Source: an uncultured Gemmatimonadales bacterium
Lineage (GTDB): Bacteria > Gemmatimonadota > Gemmatimonadetes > Gemmatimonadales > GWC2-71-9
Assembly: GCA_963728915.1 (NCBI GenBank)
Contig: CAVSLV010000004.1
Coordinates: forward strand, 224,001-288,000
DNA length: 64,000 nucleotides
Direction: 5' to 3'
A model generated the notes under the pieces. The model was not told the DNA's origin. It did no database searches and worked only from the letters and a program-made list of their open reading frames with translations. How positions within the stretch are numbered: the first letter of the stretch is position 1; each line of letters opens with the position of its first letter. Shown piece after piece: positions 10,641 through 19,064 of this stretch. The translations under genes and the position numbers were made by a program.

Positions 10641-13600
10641 GGCTGGTAGCCCAGGTTCGGAGCGAGCCACCGCTCCACTACCTCGAGCGGCATCTGCTTC
10701 CGGTTGGCATAGTCGGCGGCCTGATCGCGGCCGATCTTTCCGATGCCGAAGTAACGGGCCTCGGGGCGCCAGAAGTACCAGCCGGATACCGAGGCGCCCG
10801 GGAGCATGGCGCAGCTTTCCGTCAGGGTGATTCCGGCCTGGGCGCTGGCGTCGAGCAGCCCGAAGATCGTTCGCTTCTCGGTATGATCGGGACAGGCCGG
10901 ATATCCCGGGGCAGGCCGGATCCCCTGATAGGCCTCGCGAATCAGGGCGCGATTGTCCAGCCGTTCGTCGGGCGCATAGCCCCAGAGCTCTTTCCGGACC
11001 CGCTCGTGGAGCCGTTCCGCGAACGCCTCCGCCAACCGGTCGGCGAGGGCTTTCGCAAGAATCGCGGAGTAATCGTCGTGGGCCGCCTCGAATTCCGCGA
11101 CCAGACGGTCCAGGCCGTGCCCGGCAGTAATGGCGAACGCGCCGACGTAGTCGGGGGTCGACCCCCCGGCAGGCGCCACGAAATCGGCGAGCGCGAGATT
11201 GGCGCGATCGGATCCGGGGGCGCGCGCCATCTGTTGCCGGAGGGTGTGGATGGTGGCGAGCGGTCGTCGGAGTTCGTCGTCCTCGAAGAGATCGATGTCG
11301 TCGGTCCGGGAGGCGGCCGGCCAGAAGCCGACGACCGCGTTCGCCTGCAACCGTCCTTCCCTCACCATGCGATCGAGCAGGACGCGGGCGTCGTCATAGA
11401 GCGCCTGGGCCGCGCTGCCCGTGGCCCGGTTGGTCAGCACGTCGGGGAAAGACCCCGGAAGCTCCCAGGCCTGGAAGAAGGGCGTCCAGTCGATCCGCTC
11501 GACCAGCTCGGCGAGCGGATAGTCCAGGAAGCTCTTCGTTCCCAGGAAGGACGGCTTCGGGGCAGGGTTCCGTCCGGACAGCGCCAGGCGAGCCGCTCGC
11601 GCTTCGGGGAGCGAGAGCAAGCGGTCGCCGCCGGTCCGCCCTTCCCGCTCCCGCCGCACCGCTTCATACTCCGCCGCGACGCCCGAAACGAAACCGGGTC
11701 GGAGGGTTTCGCTGAGAAGGTTCGCGGCCACGCCGACCGCGCGAGAAGCATCCAGCACGTGCACCACCGGCCCGTCGTAACGCGGCGCGATCTTGACCGC
11801 AGTGTGCGCCTTCGAGGTGGTGGCGCCCCCGATCAGGAGCGGCACCTCGAAGCGCTCCCGCCGCATTTCTTCCGCGACGAAGCACATCTCCTCGAGCGAC
11901 GGGGTAATGAGCCCCGACAACCCGATGATCTGGACCTGCTCCCGCCGGGCGGTTTCCAGGATGCGGGCGCACGGCACCATGACGCCGAGGTCGATCACTT
12001 CGTAGTTGTTGCACTGGAGAACCACGCCCACGATGTTCTTCCCGATGTCGTGGACGTCGCCCTTCACCGTGGCCAGCAGCACCTTCCCCTTGGCGCGCGG
12101 GCTCGAGGCGGTCTTTTCTTCCTCGAGGAACGGGGTCAGATAGGCCACCGCCTTCTTCATCACCCGGGCGCTCTTGACGACCTGGGGCAGGAACATCTTC
12201 CCGCTTCCGAAGAGATCGCCGACCACGTTCATCCCGTCCATCAGGGGTCCTTCGATCACCGCGAGCGGGCGCCCCAGCACGCCCCGCGCCTCCTCGGTGT
12301 CCTCCACGATGAACGCGTCGATGCCCTCGACCAGGGCATGGGTCAGCCGATCCTGCACCGGCTTCTCCCGCCAGGCCAGGTCGGGAGCGCGGGCGGCGCC
12401 AGGGCCCTTGATCGACTGGGCGACCGCGAGCAGACGCTCAGTGGCATCGGGTCTTCGGTTCAGGACCAGGTCCTCGACCCGCTCGAGCAGGTCCCGGGGA
12501 ATATCGTCGTAGATCGGGAGCGCTCCCGCGTTCACGATGCCCATGTCCATCCCGGCCTGGACCGCGTGATAGAGGAACGCCGCGTGGATCGCCTCGCGGA
12601 TCGGCTCGTTGCCCCGGAAGGAGAAGGAGAGGTTGCTCACTCCGCCGCTCACGTGCACCGCCGGCAATTCCGCCTTGATCCGCCGGATGGCCTCGATGTA
12701 CTCGACCGCATAGTTGTTATGGGCCTCGATCCCGGTTCCCACCGCGAAGATGTTGGGATCGAAGACGAGGTCCTCGGGAGGAAACCCGGCTCGATCGGTG
12801 AGCAGCCGGTAGGCTCGGCGGGTGATCGCAACCCGGCGCGCCAGGCTGTCGGCCTGGCCCTGCTCGTCGAAGGCCATCACGATGACCGCGGCGCCATAGC
12901 GACGCACCAGGGCGGCCTGACGCAGGAATTCCGCTTCTCCCTCCTTGAGCGAGATCGAATTGACCACCGACCGTCCCTGGACGCATTTGAGCCCGGCTTC
13001 GATGACCGACCACTTCGACGAATCGATGACGATGGGAACCTTCCCGATCGCGGGCTCCGACGCGATCAGTCGCAGGAACCTGGTCATGGCCTGCTCGGAA
13101 TCGAGCATGCCTTCGTCCATGTTCACGTCGATCATCTGGGCGCCGCTCTCCACCTGCTGTCGGGCCACTTCCAGTCCGTCCTCGTATCGGCCGTCGGCCA
13201 CGAGCCTGGCGAACCGGCGGGACCCGGTGACGTTGGTCCGCTCCCCGATGTTGACGAAGAGCGTGTCCGGTCCGACGGTGAGGGGCTCGAGCCCGGAGAG
13301 CCGCAGCCGGGCCGGAGGCTCGGGCCGCACCCGCGGTGCAATTCCCTCCACGGCGGAGGCGATGGCCCGGATGTGCGCCGGGGTGGTTCCGCAGCATCCT
13401 CCGACGATGTTGAGCAGCCCGCTCCCCGCGAATTCCCCGATCACCTTCGCCATGGTCTCGGCGGTTTCATCGTACTCGCCGAACGCATTGGGGAGTCCGG
13501 CGTTCGGATGGACGCTGAGCCAGACCGGGGCGACCCGGGACAGGTCCTGGACATAGGGAAAGAGGGCCCGCGCCCCCAGCGCACAGTTGAACCCTACCGA

Positions 13601-14350
13601 GAGAGGGCGGGCGTGCATGACCGAATGCCAGAACGCCTCCGGGGTCTGCCCCGACAGGGTGCGCCCGCTCCGATCGGTGATGGTGCCGGAGATCATCAGC
13701 GGGACCCGAAATCCGAGCCGGTCGAAGACGGTTTCGATCGCGAAGAGGGCGGCCTTCGCGTTCAGGGTGTCGAAGATGGTCTCGACCAGGAGCAGATCGG
13801 CGCCGCCCTCGATCAGGGCGGCGGCGGCGTCGGCGTAGGTGGCCGCGAGCTGATCGAACGTCACGTTCCTCGCCGAGGGATCGTTGACGTCGGGAGAGAG
13901 AGACGCGGTTCGGCTGGTCGGGCCCAGCACCCCCGCCACGTAACGGGGTCGGGCCGGATCGGCGCGCTCCGCCTGGTCGGCGGTATCCCTCGCCAGCCGC
14001 GCCGCGGTGCGATTCAGCTCGACCACCAGGGCCTCCATGCCGTAATCGGACTGGGAAATGGCGGTGGCGTTGAACGAGTTGGTTTCGATCAGGTCGGCTC
14101 CGGCGCCGAGGTACTCGGCGTGGATCCCGGCAATGATGTCGGGCCGGGTTAGGCAGAGCAGGTCGTTGTTCCCCTTGAGGTCCAGCGGCCAGTCGGAGAA
14201 ACGGCCACCCCGGTAGTCCGCTTCCCCGAGCCGGTGCGTCTGGATCATGGTGCCCATGGCCCCGTCGAGCACCAGGATCCGCCGGGCAAGCATGGCTTCC
14301 AGACCGGCGAGACGGTGGGAGCGGGGATCGGAAGCTGGGGCCTTCACCAC
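10637..14350 (-). CDS. metH: cobalamin-dependent methionine synthase
   Basis: Homocysteine, pterin, B12-binding (GDVHDIGKN) and reactivation ([12 protein letters not shown]) domains. Confidence 0.97.
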   Translation of the reverse strand: MVKAPASDPRSHRLAGLEAMLARRILVLDGAMGTMIQTHRLGEADYRGGRFSDWPLDLKGNNDLLCLTRPDIIAGIHAEYLGAGADLIETNSFNATAISQSDYGMEALVVELNRTAARLARDTADQAERADPARPRYVAGVLGPTSRTASLSPDVNDPSARNVTFDQLAATYADAAAALIEGGADLLLVETIFDTLNAKAALFAIETVFDRLGFRVPLMISGTITDRSGRTLSGQTPEAFWHSVMHARPLSVGFNCALGARALFPYVQDLSRVAPVWLSVHPNAGLPNAFGEYDETAETMAKVIGEFAGSGLLNIVGGCCGTTPAHIRAIASAVEGIAPRVRPEPPARLRLSGLEPLTVGPDTLFVNIGERTNVTGSRRFARLVADGRYEDGLEVARQQVESGAQMIDVNMDEGMLDSEQAMTRFLRLIASEPAIGKVPIVIDSSKWSVIEAGLKCVQGRSVVNSISLKEGEAEFLRQAALVRRYGAAVIVMAFDEQGQADSLARRVAITRRAYRLLTDRAGFPPEDLVFDPNIFAVGTGIEAHNNYAVEYIEAIRRIKAELPAVHVSGGVSNLSFSFRGNEPIREAIHAAFLYHAVQAGMDMGIVNAGALPIYDDIPRDLLERVEDLVLNRRPDATERLLAVAQSIKGPGAARAPDLAWREKPVQDRLTHALVEGIDAFIVEDTEEARGVLGRPLAVIEGPLMDGMNVVGDLFGSGKMFLPQVVKSARVMKKAVAYLTPFLEEEKTASSPRAKGKVLLATVKGDVHDIGKNIVGVVLQCNNYEVIDLGVMVPCARILETARREQVQIIGLSGLITPSLEEMCFVAEEMRRERFEVPLLIGGATTSKAHTAVKIAPRYDGPVVHVLDASRAVGVAANLLSETLRPGFVSGVAAEYEAVRREREGRTGGDRLLSLPEARAARLALSGRNPAPKPSFLGTKSFLDYPLAELVERIDWTPFFQAWELPGSFPDVLTNRATGSAAQALYDDARVLLDRMVREGRLQANAVVGFWPAASRTDDIDLFEDDELRRPLATIHTLRQQMARAPGSDRANLALADFVAPAGGSTPDYVGAFAITAGHGLDRLVAEFEAAHDDYSAILAKALADRLAEAFAERLHERVRKELWGYAPDERLDNRALIREAYQGIRPAPGYPACPDHTEKRTIFGLLDASAQAGITLTESCAMLPGASVSGWYFWRPEARYFGIGKIGRDQAADYANRKQMPLEVVERWLAPNLGYQP

Positions 14351-14365
14351 ATCGAACTCCTGATG

Positions 14366-14396
14366 ACAAGAAACCCGAGGCTAAGGTGGCCCCGGG
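14366..14396 (-). terminator. intrinsic terminator in the metH leader
   Basis: Minus strand CCCGGGGC-CACCTTA-GCCTCGGG followed by TTTCTTGT. Confidence 0.7.
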
Positions 14397-14399
14397 CGG

Positions 14400-14449
14400 C
14401 GTTTTAGCGTTTGTTTAACGTGGCCGCAAGCAGCGCAAATCACCACGCA
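14400..14449 (-). ncRNA. SAM-II (SAM-alpha) riboswitch aptamer
   Basis: Minus strand CGTGGTGATTTG-CGCTG-CTTGCGGCCACGTTAAACAAACGCTAAAA matches the SAM-II consensus; lies directly upstream of metH. Confidence 0.88.
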
Positions 14450-14501
14450 CATTGTCCCGGACCCCGAAACATAATGCCGGAATTGCCCCTCCGCCTGGAG
14501 C

Positions 14502-14906
14502 TCAGGAAAACCGGCTCAGAACCTGGTAGGAACCGATATGATCCGCGTCGGCTTCAAGGACGGGGGCGCCGTCACGCTCCAGCCAGGCATGGGCCTCGAG
14601 CGGCTGGCGCTGTCCTCGCCGGACCCCGATGTGAAGCTCCGCGGCATGTCCGGCTCTTCGGAGCAGGTAGTAGAGCACCAGGGCGCGTTTGAGACAGGTT
14701 CGCTGCCACGGTCCCGGCAACCGGGAAAGCACGCTGTCCACCCACTGACCCAGGGCCGGATCAGTGACGCCGGCCTGGGACCCGCCGTTGCCGAATCGGG
14801 TGAGCCAGCGGGTCAGGGTGGGCAGCGGAACCACATGCACGAGGGGCGGCAGGATCAACGATGCGGCCGTGGCGCGGACGCGCCACCGCATCGGCAATCC
14901 ATTCAT
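14502..14906 (-). CDS. lasso-peptide B2-type leader protease (transglutaminase-like)
   Basis: TCLKRALVL (catalytic Cys), LHIGV, AHAWLERDG (His/Asp); ATGA overlap with the RRE gene. Confidence 0.9.
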   Translation of the reverse strand: MNGLPMRWRVRATAASLILPPLVHVVPLPTLTRWLTRFGNGGSQAGVTDPALGQWVDSVLSRLPGPWQRTCLKRALVLYYLLRRAGHAAELHIGVRRGQRQPLEAHAWLERDGAPVLEADADHIGSYQVLSRFS

Positions 14907-15178
14907 CCGCGCTCCTCGAGCATCACATGACAGGAGAGGCAGTGGTCGAGAAACGCCCGCGTCGTCGCTTCCGCTTCCGCGCTCTCGACCTCGTAGACAT
15001 CCATCAGGTGCGCGACCAGCTCGGCGAAGGTGCGGGGCTCGCTGGTGGCCTCGAGGATGGTGAGGCCGGTGTCGTTGACGCTGAAGTAGCGACGCTCGCC
15101 GAGGTGGAGCACCACGCCTTCGCCCTCGAGCTCGGCGATCCGGAGGTCTTCGTGCCGGCGATAGCGGATCCCGCTCAT
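14903..15178 (-). CDS. PqqD-family RiPP recognition element (B1-like)
   Basis: 91 aa; EGVVLH...YFSVNDTGLTILE...ELVAHLMDVYEV...FLDH pattern. Confidence 0.9.
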   Translation of the reverse strand: MSGIRYRRHEDLRIAELEGEGVVLHLGERRYFSVNDTGLTILEATSEPRTFAELVAHLMDVYEVESAEAEATTRAFLDHCLSCHVMLEERG

Positions 15179-16104
15179 GGCAGCATTCCCATCAGGGCAT
15201 CGGATCGGTCGAAGATATCCGGACCAAGCGTGGCTTTGTAGCAGCGGGCCTGTCTGCCAAGCCGGGAGAGTATCTGGAGATACTCGGTAGCCGCCGTGGC
15301 CTCGAACATGACCCAGGGCGAGTTCTGGATCAGGCGGCGCAGGATCTCGGCGGGTTCCGCCGGCTTCAGATGGGTCCGCTCCCCGGTTCCATCGGCGAAC
15401 ACGACGATGTCCGGCTCAATGACCGGGGTCCAGGTGCCGCCCAGCTCCTCCACCGTGAACGCCTGCTTGTTCCGGCGCGGCACCGGAACGCCACCGGTGC
15501 AGGCGAGGAGGTCGACCCCGCCAGGGCGAAGGGCAATCTGATCCCGGAATCCGAACGCGGCCACCCGCGACTCCCGCTCCGTCAGGAAAACCGCGTCTTC
15601 GCTGCCGATCTGCCATCCGCGGCGCGCCAGGAGCGCTACCGTAGTGGATTTGCCGGAGTGGCTGTTCCCGATCAGCATCCAGCCCCGCCCCTCGGGATCC
15701 CTGGCCGTGCCGGCATGCACGTGAAATCGATGGGCGCGCTTCCAGAGAAAGATGAGGGTCACAAGCAGGAAGCCGCGAAAGAGCAATTCGAGCTGTTCCG
15801 TCGCCTCGCGGGTTACAAATGCCTGGGCCTCTGCCCGGATGGGGTCGATCCGTGCCATGGCGCGCCCGGGCCACCCGACCTGAACCCACCCGAGGGGCTC
15901 GCCAGCCCGGATCTCAAGGAAGCCCTGCCGGTAGGCGATCCGGTCATCGTCCAGGGTGGGAACTACGTCTACCACTTCGACGGTCAGCGCGAGCCCGGGT
16001 GGAAGAGGCATGCGCGTGTCTTCCAGCCAATCCAGGAGCGCCGCTTCGAGCCGTGGGTCGCGACACTGTATTCCGGGGAACGAGTGCATCGAGCGAGATT
16101 TCAT
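15175..16104 (-). CDS. HPr-kinase-like P-loop kinase
   Basis: HVHAG, Walker A GNSHSGKST, downstream SEDAVFL (SDD-like); ATGA overlap with the RRE gene. Confidence 0.82.
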   Translation of the reverse strand: MKSRSMHSFPGIQCRDPRLEAALLDWLEDTRMPLPPGLALTVEVVDVVPTLDDDRIAYRQGFLEIRAGEPLGWVQVGWPGRAMARIDPIRAEAQAFVTREATEQLELLFRGFLLVTLIFLWKRAHRFHVHAGTARDPEGRGWMLIGNSHSGKSTTVALLARRGWQIGSEDAVFLTERESRVAAFGFRDQIALRPGGVDLLACTGGVPVPRRNKQAFTVEELGGTWTPVIEPDIVVFADGTGERTHLKPAEPAEILRRLIQNSPWVMFEATAATEYLQILSRLGRQARCYKATLGPDIFDRSDALMGMLP

Positions 16105-16130
16105 ACTGCGGGCTTCATGGACCTGCCGAA

Positions 16131-16165
16131 GACAAGAAACCCCGCCGGGAATAGCACCGGCGGGG
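16131..16165 (-). terminator. stem-loop/terminator between precursor and maturase genes
   Basis: Minus strand CCCCGCCGG-TGCTATTC-CCGGCGGGG followed by TTTCTTGTC. Confidence 0.75.
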
Positions 16166-16187
16166 ACTTGAGCCGTTGGACCAGATC

Positions 16188-16286
16188 CTAGATGGGGTTC
16201 GCGCCCGAGGCAGCGACAGACATCTGGGTGATCTCAGTCAGGCTGGCTTCCGCCTTGAGGGTAGGCGCGGTGAATTTCCTCTTCAT
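16188..16286 (-). CDS. RiPP precursor peptide, 32 aa: MKRKFTAPTLKAEASLTEITQMSVAASGANPI
   Basis: Manual translation; GAGGAG SD 5 nt upstream; FxxPxL-x3-A-x5-T leader; first gene of the kinase-RRE-B2 operon. Confidence 0.85.
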   Translation of the reverse strand: MKRKFTAPTLKAEASLTEITQMSVAASGANPI

Positions 16287-16530
16287 CGGTTCTCCTCGAT
16301 TTGGTTCTGGTTGATCGACTTCCCGAGAGTTGTTCGAAATCCCTTTGGAGAATGTACCCGCAATTCACGTGCACGCAACGCGGGCGGTCCCGCCCCATGA
16401 GAACAAATCACCCTAACTACCTTAGGACAAAGGGCTTACGAAGTATTCCCGGGTCTGCAAACGGCCCATCCGGCCCTGAGTTCTGTTGCATGAAAACCAT
16501 TCTCTTCAGCACAGGGGAGGCGGCGGTGCC

Positions 16531-16812
16531 TCACAGACTGGCCCGAGCCTCAGCTTCCGAAAGTCCCTCCACCAGAACGGTCTTATTCCGGCTGGCCCGG
16601 CCGGAACGGAGCGACACTCGTGACTTTGCCACTTTGAAGGTCTGGGACAGGAACCGAATCAGCTCCTCGTTGGCGGCACCGTCCACTGGCGGGGCTGCGA
16701 TCCGGATTTTGAGGCTGTTTCCCGAAGCTCCGCTGATTTCATTCCTGGCGGATCGGGGTTGAACGCGGATGGTAAGCTCCACCCCTTCCGGGACGGGGCG
16801 AAGAAAGGTCAG
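16531..16812 (-). CDS. DUF167/YggU family protein
   Basis: LTIRVQPRSARNEI...LKIRIAAPPVDGAANEELIRFLS...GRASRNK; start codon uncertain (CTG at 16812 proposed). Confidence 0.85.
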   Translation of the reverse strand: MTFLRPVPEGVELTIRVQPRSARNEISGASGNSLKIRIAAPPVDGAANEELIRFLSQTFKVAKSRVSLRSGRASRNKTVLVEGLSEAEARASL

Positions 16813-17264
16813 GTCGGGAGCCGTTTCTCCAGGAGATACCAGGTCCGGCCGCCGATGTACCCCTCGCGGCGGAGCGCCCGGTACCAACCCAGGGCCTGGA
16901 GCAGACCTTCTTCGTGCTCGTGATCGGTCCACAGCTCGAGAAGCTGGGCCCCCTGCTCGCGGGCTCGCTCCTCGAACGCGGCGAGCAGACGATGGCCAAG
17001 ACCCTGGTGCCGTTCGCGAGGAATCACTGCGACTTCCAGCACTTCGGCCACGCCGCCGCGGAGCGACCACCGGAGGCCCCCGATCCAGTCGCCGATCTCA
17101 TCGGTCAGGACCAGGTGTTTTTCCTCGGGGAATTCGGGAATCGTTTCCTCGGATTCGGCAGGCTCGGACAACTCCCGGAGCCAGGCAGAGAACTCCTCTC
17201 CCTCCTCCATGTCGCGAATCTTGAGTTGGCGATCGTTCTGTACCATGCGCTCCGTGCCTGCCAT
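16809..17264 (-). CDS. GNAT family N-acetyltransferase
   Basis: VAVIPRERHQGLGHRLL acetyl-CoA binding motif; start uncertain. Confidence 0.85.
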   Translation of the reverse strand: MAGTERMVQNDRQLKIRDMEEGEEFSAWLRELSEPAESEETIPEFPEEKHLVLTDEIGDWIGGLRWSLRGGVAEVLEVAVIPRERHQGLGHRLLAAFEERAREQGAQLLELWTDHEHEEGLLQALGWYRALRREGYIGGRTWYLLEKRLPT

Positions 17265-17306
17265 GTTGTCGTCTCCATCAACAAGCAGATGCATACAGCA
17301 TGCCTG

Positions 17307-17576
17307 CTATCTGGTACGACATGTACGCGATTCTGGTTTCGCCTTTCCACAGGCGATCGATTCGGTCATCCCCCGCGCAAGCGTCCCGCAGGCCGTGCTT
17401 TGCGCAGCCTCAGCGGCGGCCGATTCGTCGTTCGCGGTCGCCGTGGCGCAATTCCGGCCGGTCCCGAAACTGACACACACCGAACACTCGACCTTCTGGG
17501 CCGACAGCGTCGTCCAGAGCAGGAAGGCGACGAACCCGGCCAGGATCAGAATGAGGGCCACGCTTCCGCGTTTCAT
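17307..17576 (-). CDS. small membrane-anchored or secreted Cys-rich protein
   Basis: N-terminal hydrophobic helix, six Cys, ATGA overlap with the upstream gene. Confidence 0.75.
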   Translation of the reverse strand: MKRGSVALILILAGFVAFLLWTTLSAQKVECSVCVSFGTGRNCATATANDESAAAEAAQSTACGTLARGMTESIACGKAKPESRTCRTR

Positions 17577-18289
17577 CTCTTCTGCATCATGGCGGGCAGC
17601 ACCACGGGCAGCGCACCGCCCAGCCAGACGATCGCGCCGGCCAGGGCCGCCTGCCCGGTTGAAACCTTCCCCATCTGCTTGATGCCGATGGCGATCAGAA
17701 TGGTGACCCAGAGCGTGAAGATGTCGACCCGGCCGAGGAAAGCCATCAGGACCGCTCCCGTCGTGCTCGGATCGAACAGCCGGCCCAGACCGAGGTTCAC
17801 GGCGAACCGTGAAGTCAGCTTCGACTCATCCAGGAGCAGCGCCTGCACCGCGTTGGTGATCAGCTCGATCAGCCGCGGGAAGAAGGCGAAGGTCGCGATG
17901 GTGACTCCCTGGATGTAGCTGATCCTGGCGCTGGCGATCCGTCCGGCGATCCAGACCAGGAGCCCGAGGAGAAAGGCCCCGATGGGAATGCCGATGATCA
18001 CCCCGAATGAGGCGAAGAAGCCCCCCACCCGCTTGGCGGTTTCGATCTGTTCCGGGGTCAGATTGGGATTCGACGCCATGCTGCGGGTGAACTCGGCCTC
18101 GAAAATCGGGGCCATCGCGCTCCTGGTGACGAAGTAGATCGCCGCCCATACGACGATCAGGACCAGGAGCGCCAGACCGAACTTCCCGTCGCTCCGCCGC
18201 TGGAACAGCTCGGCCGGGGCGATGTAAACGTCGATGAAGTCCTCCGCCTTGCCGGCGGGTTTTTCGGCTGGGGGTGCGGACTCGCTCAT
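17573..18289 (-). CDS. Yip1 family membrane protein
   Basis: YIAPAELF N-terminal motif, five hydrophobic segments, DIFTLW. Confidence 0.8.
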   Translation of the reverse strand: MSESAPPAEKPAGKAEDFIDVYIAPAELFQRRSDGKFGLALLVLIVVWAAIYFVTRSAMAPIFEAEFTRSMASNPNLTPEQIETAKRVGGFFASFGVIIGIPIGAFLLGLLVWIAGRIASARISYIQGVTIATFAFFPRLIELITNAVQALLLDESKLTSRFAVNLGLGRLFDPSTTGAVLMAFLGRVDIFTLWVTILIAIGIKQMGKVSTGQAALAGAIVWLGGALPVVLPAMMQKR

Positions 18290-18624
18290 CGATCGGCCTC
18301 GGTGGTTGAGGTGGAGTGTCTGCGCACCCAGTCCAGGTATCCGGGATCGCCGGTGCTGATCCGGGTGGCAATGATTTCCGGCTGCTGGTACGAATGCAAC
18401 GATCGAATCCGGCTCATGGCTGCATCGAGGGCCGGCTCGCTGGTCTTCGCGATGCACTGCCACTCATCGGCCCGCTCGATCACGCCTTGCCAGCGGTAGC
18501 GACTGGCGACGGGACCGACGATCTGGGTGCAGGCCGCCAGTCCTTCCTGAACCAAGGCCTCGGCGATCCGACTTGCCGCGGCTTCACTGTCGATTGTCGT
18601 CAGCACCTGATAGCAAGCAGTCAC
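18286..18624 (-). CDS. cutA: divalent-cation tolerance protein CutA
   Basis: LVQEGLAAC, SRYRWQG, HSYQQPEII. Confidence 0.92.
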   Translation of the reverse strand: MTACYQVLTTIDSEAAASRIAEALVQEGLAACTQIVGPVASRYRWQGVIERADEWQCIAKTSEPALDAAMSRIRSLHSYQQPEIIATRISTGDPGYLDWVRRHSTSTTEADR

Positions 18625-19028
18625 CGGCAGTCGGCCGGGGGCGGCAACAGGGTTCCGATGCCCGGGGTCTGGGATGGCTCGACTCCATCGGGAATCGGCA
18701 CCACGCCTGCTCGCCACCCGCTTCGGAATGTGACGGCCAGGCGATGCCCCTGGGGATCGGGATCTACCCGCGCGACCTCCGGCAGGCGAAGCGCGAAGCA
18801 GGTTGCGTGGGCGGTCTGCTGGGCCAGCTCGGGGGGGTCGTCACCCATGTACCACGCCGAAAGCGAGCGACCGATGGCGACCACCGAGGCCTGCTCTCTG
18901 CCGTAACGGGCGAACTGGGTCGCCGGGATCAGTCCAGCTTGATCGGCGACGGGATCGTAGTTGTCATAGGTGCGGCAGGCGGCCGGCAGCACGATCACCG
19001 CGAGGAAGGCGACACGGGATGGGCGCAT
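18621..19028 (-). CDS. hypothetical lipoprotein
   Basis: MRPSRVAFLAVIVLPAAC lipobox-like N-terminus; GTGA overlap with cutA. Confidence 0.7.
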   Translation of the reverse strand: MRPSRVAFLAVIVLPAACRTYDNYDPVADQAGLIPATQFARYGREQASVVAIGRSLSAWYMGDDPPELAQQTAHATCFALRLPEVARVDPDPQGHRLAVTFRSGWRAGVVPIPDGVEPSQTPGIGTLLPPPADCR

Positions 19029-19064
19029 GAGGCTGGAATATATGGTCGGGCATATCTTGATGCG

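Noticed and set aside
10883..14152. 1089-aa plus-strand ORF, and similar long antisense ORFs (8784-10649, 32568-34298, 56001-58298)
   Set aside because: Antisense shadows of well-supported genes, common in high-GC DNA; no recognisable motifs.
14502..16286. Calling the RiPP operon a canonical lasso peptide or PQQ cluster
   Set aside because: No lasso cyclase and no acceptor Asp/Glu in the core; no PqqB/C/E or ExxxY precursor.
16234..16398. Alternative 54-aa minus-strand ORF overlapping the precursor
   Set aside because: No SD and no leader motif; it overlaps the better-supported precursor in another frame.
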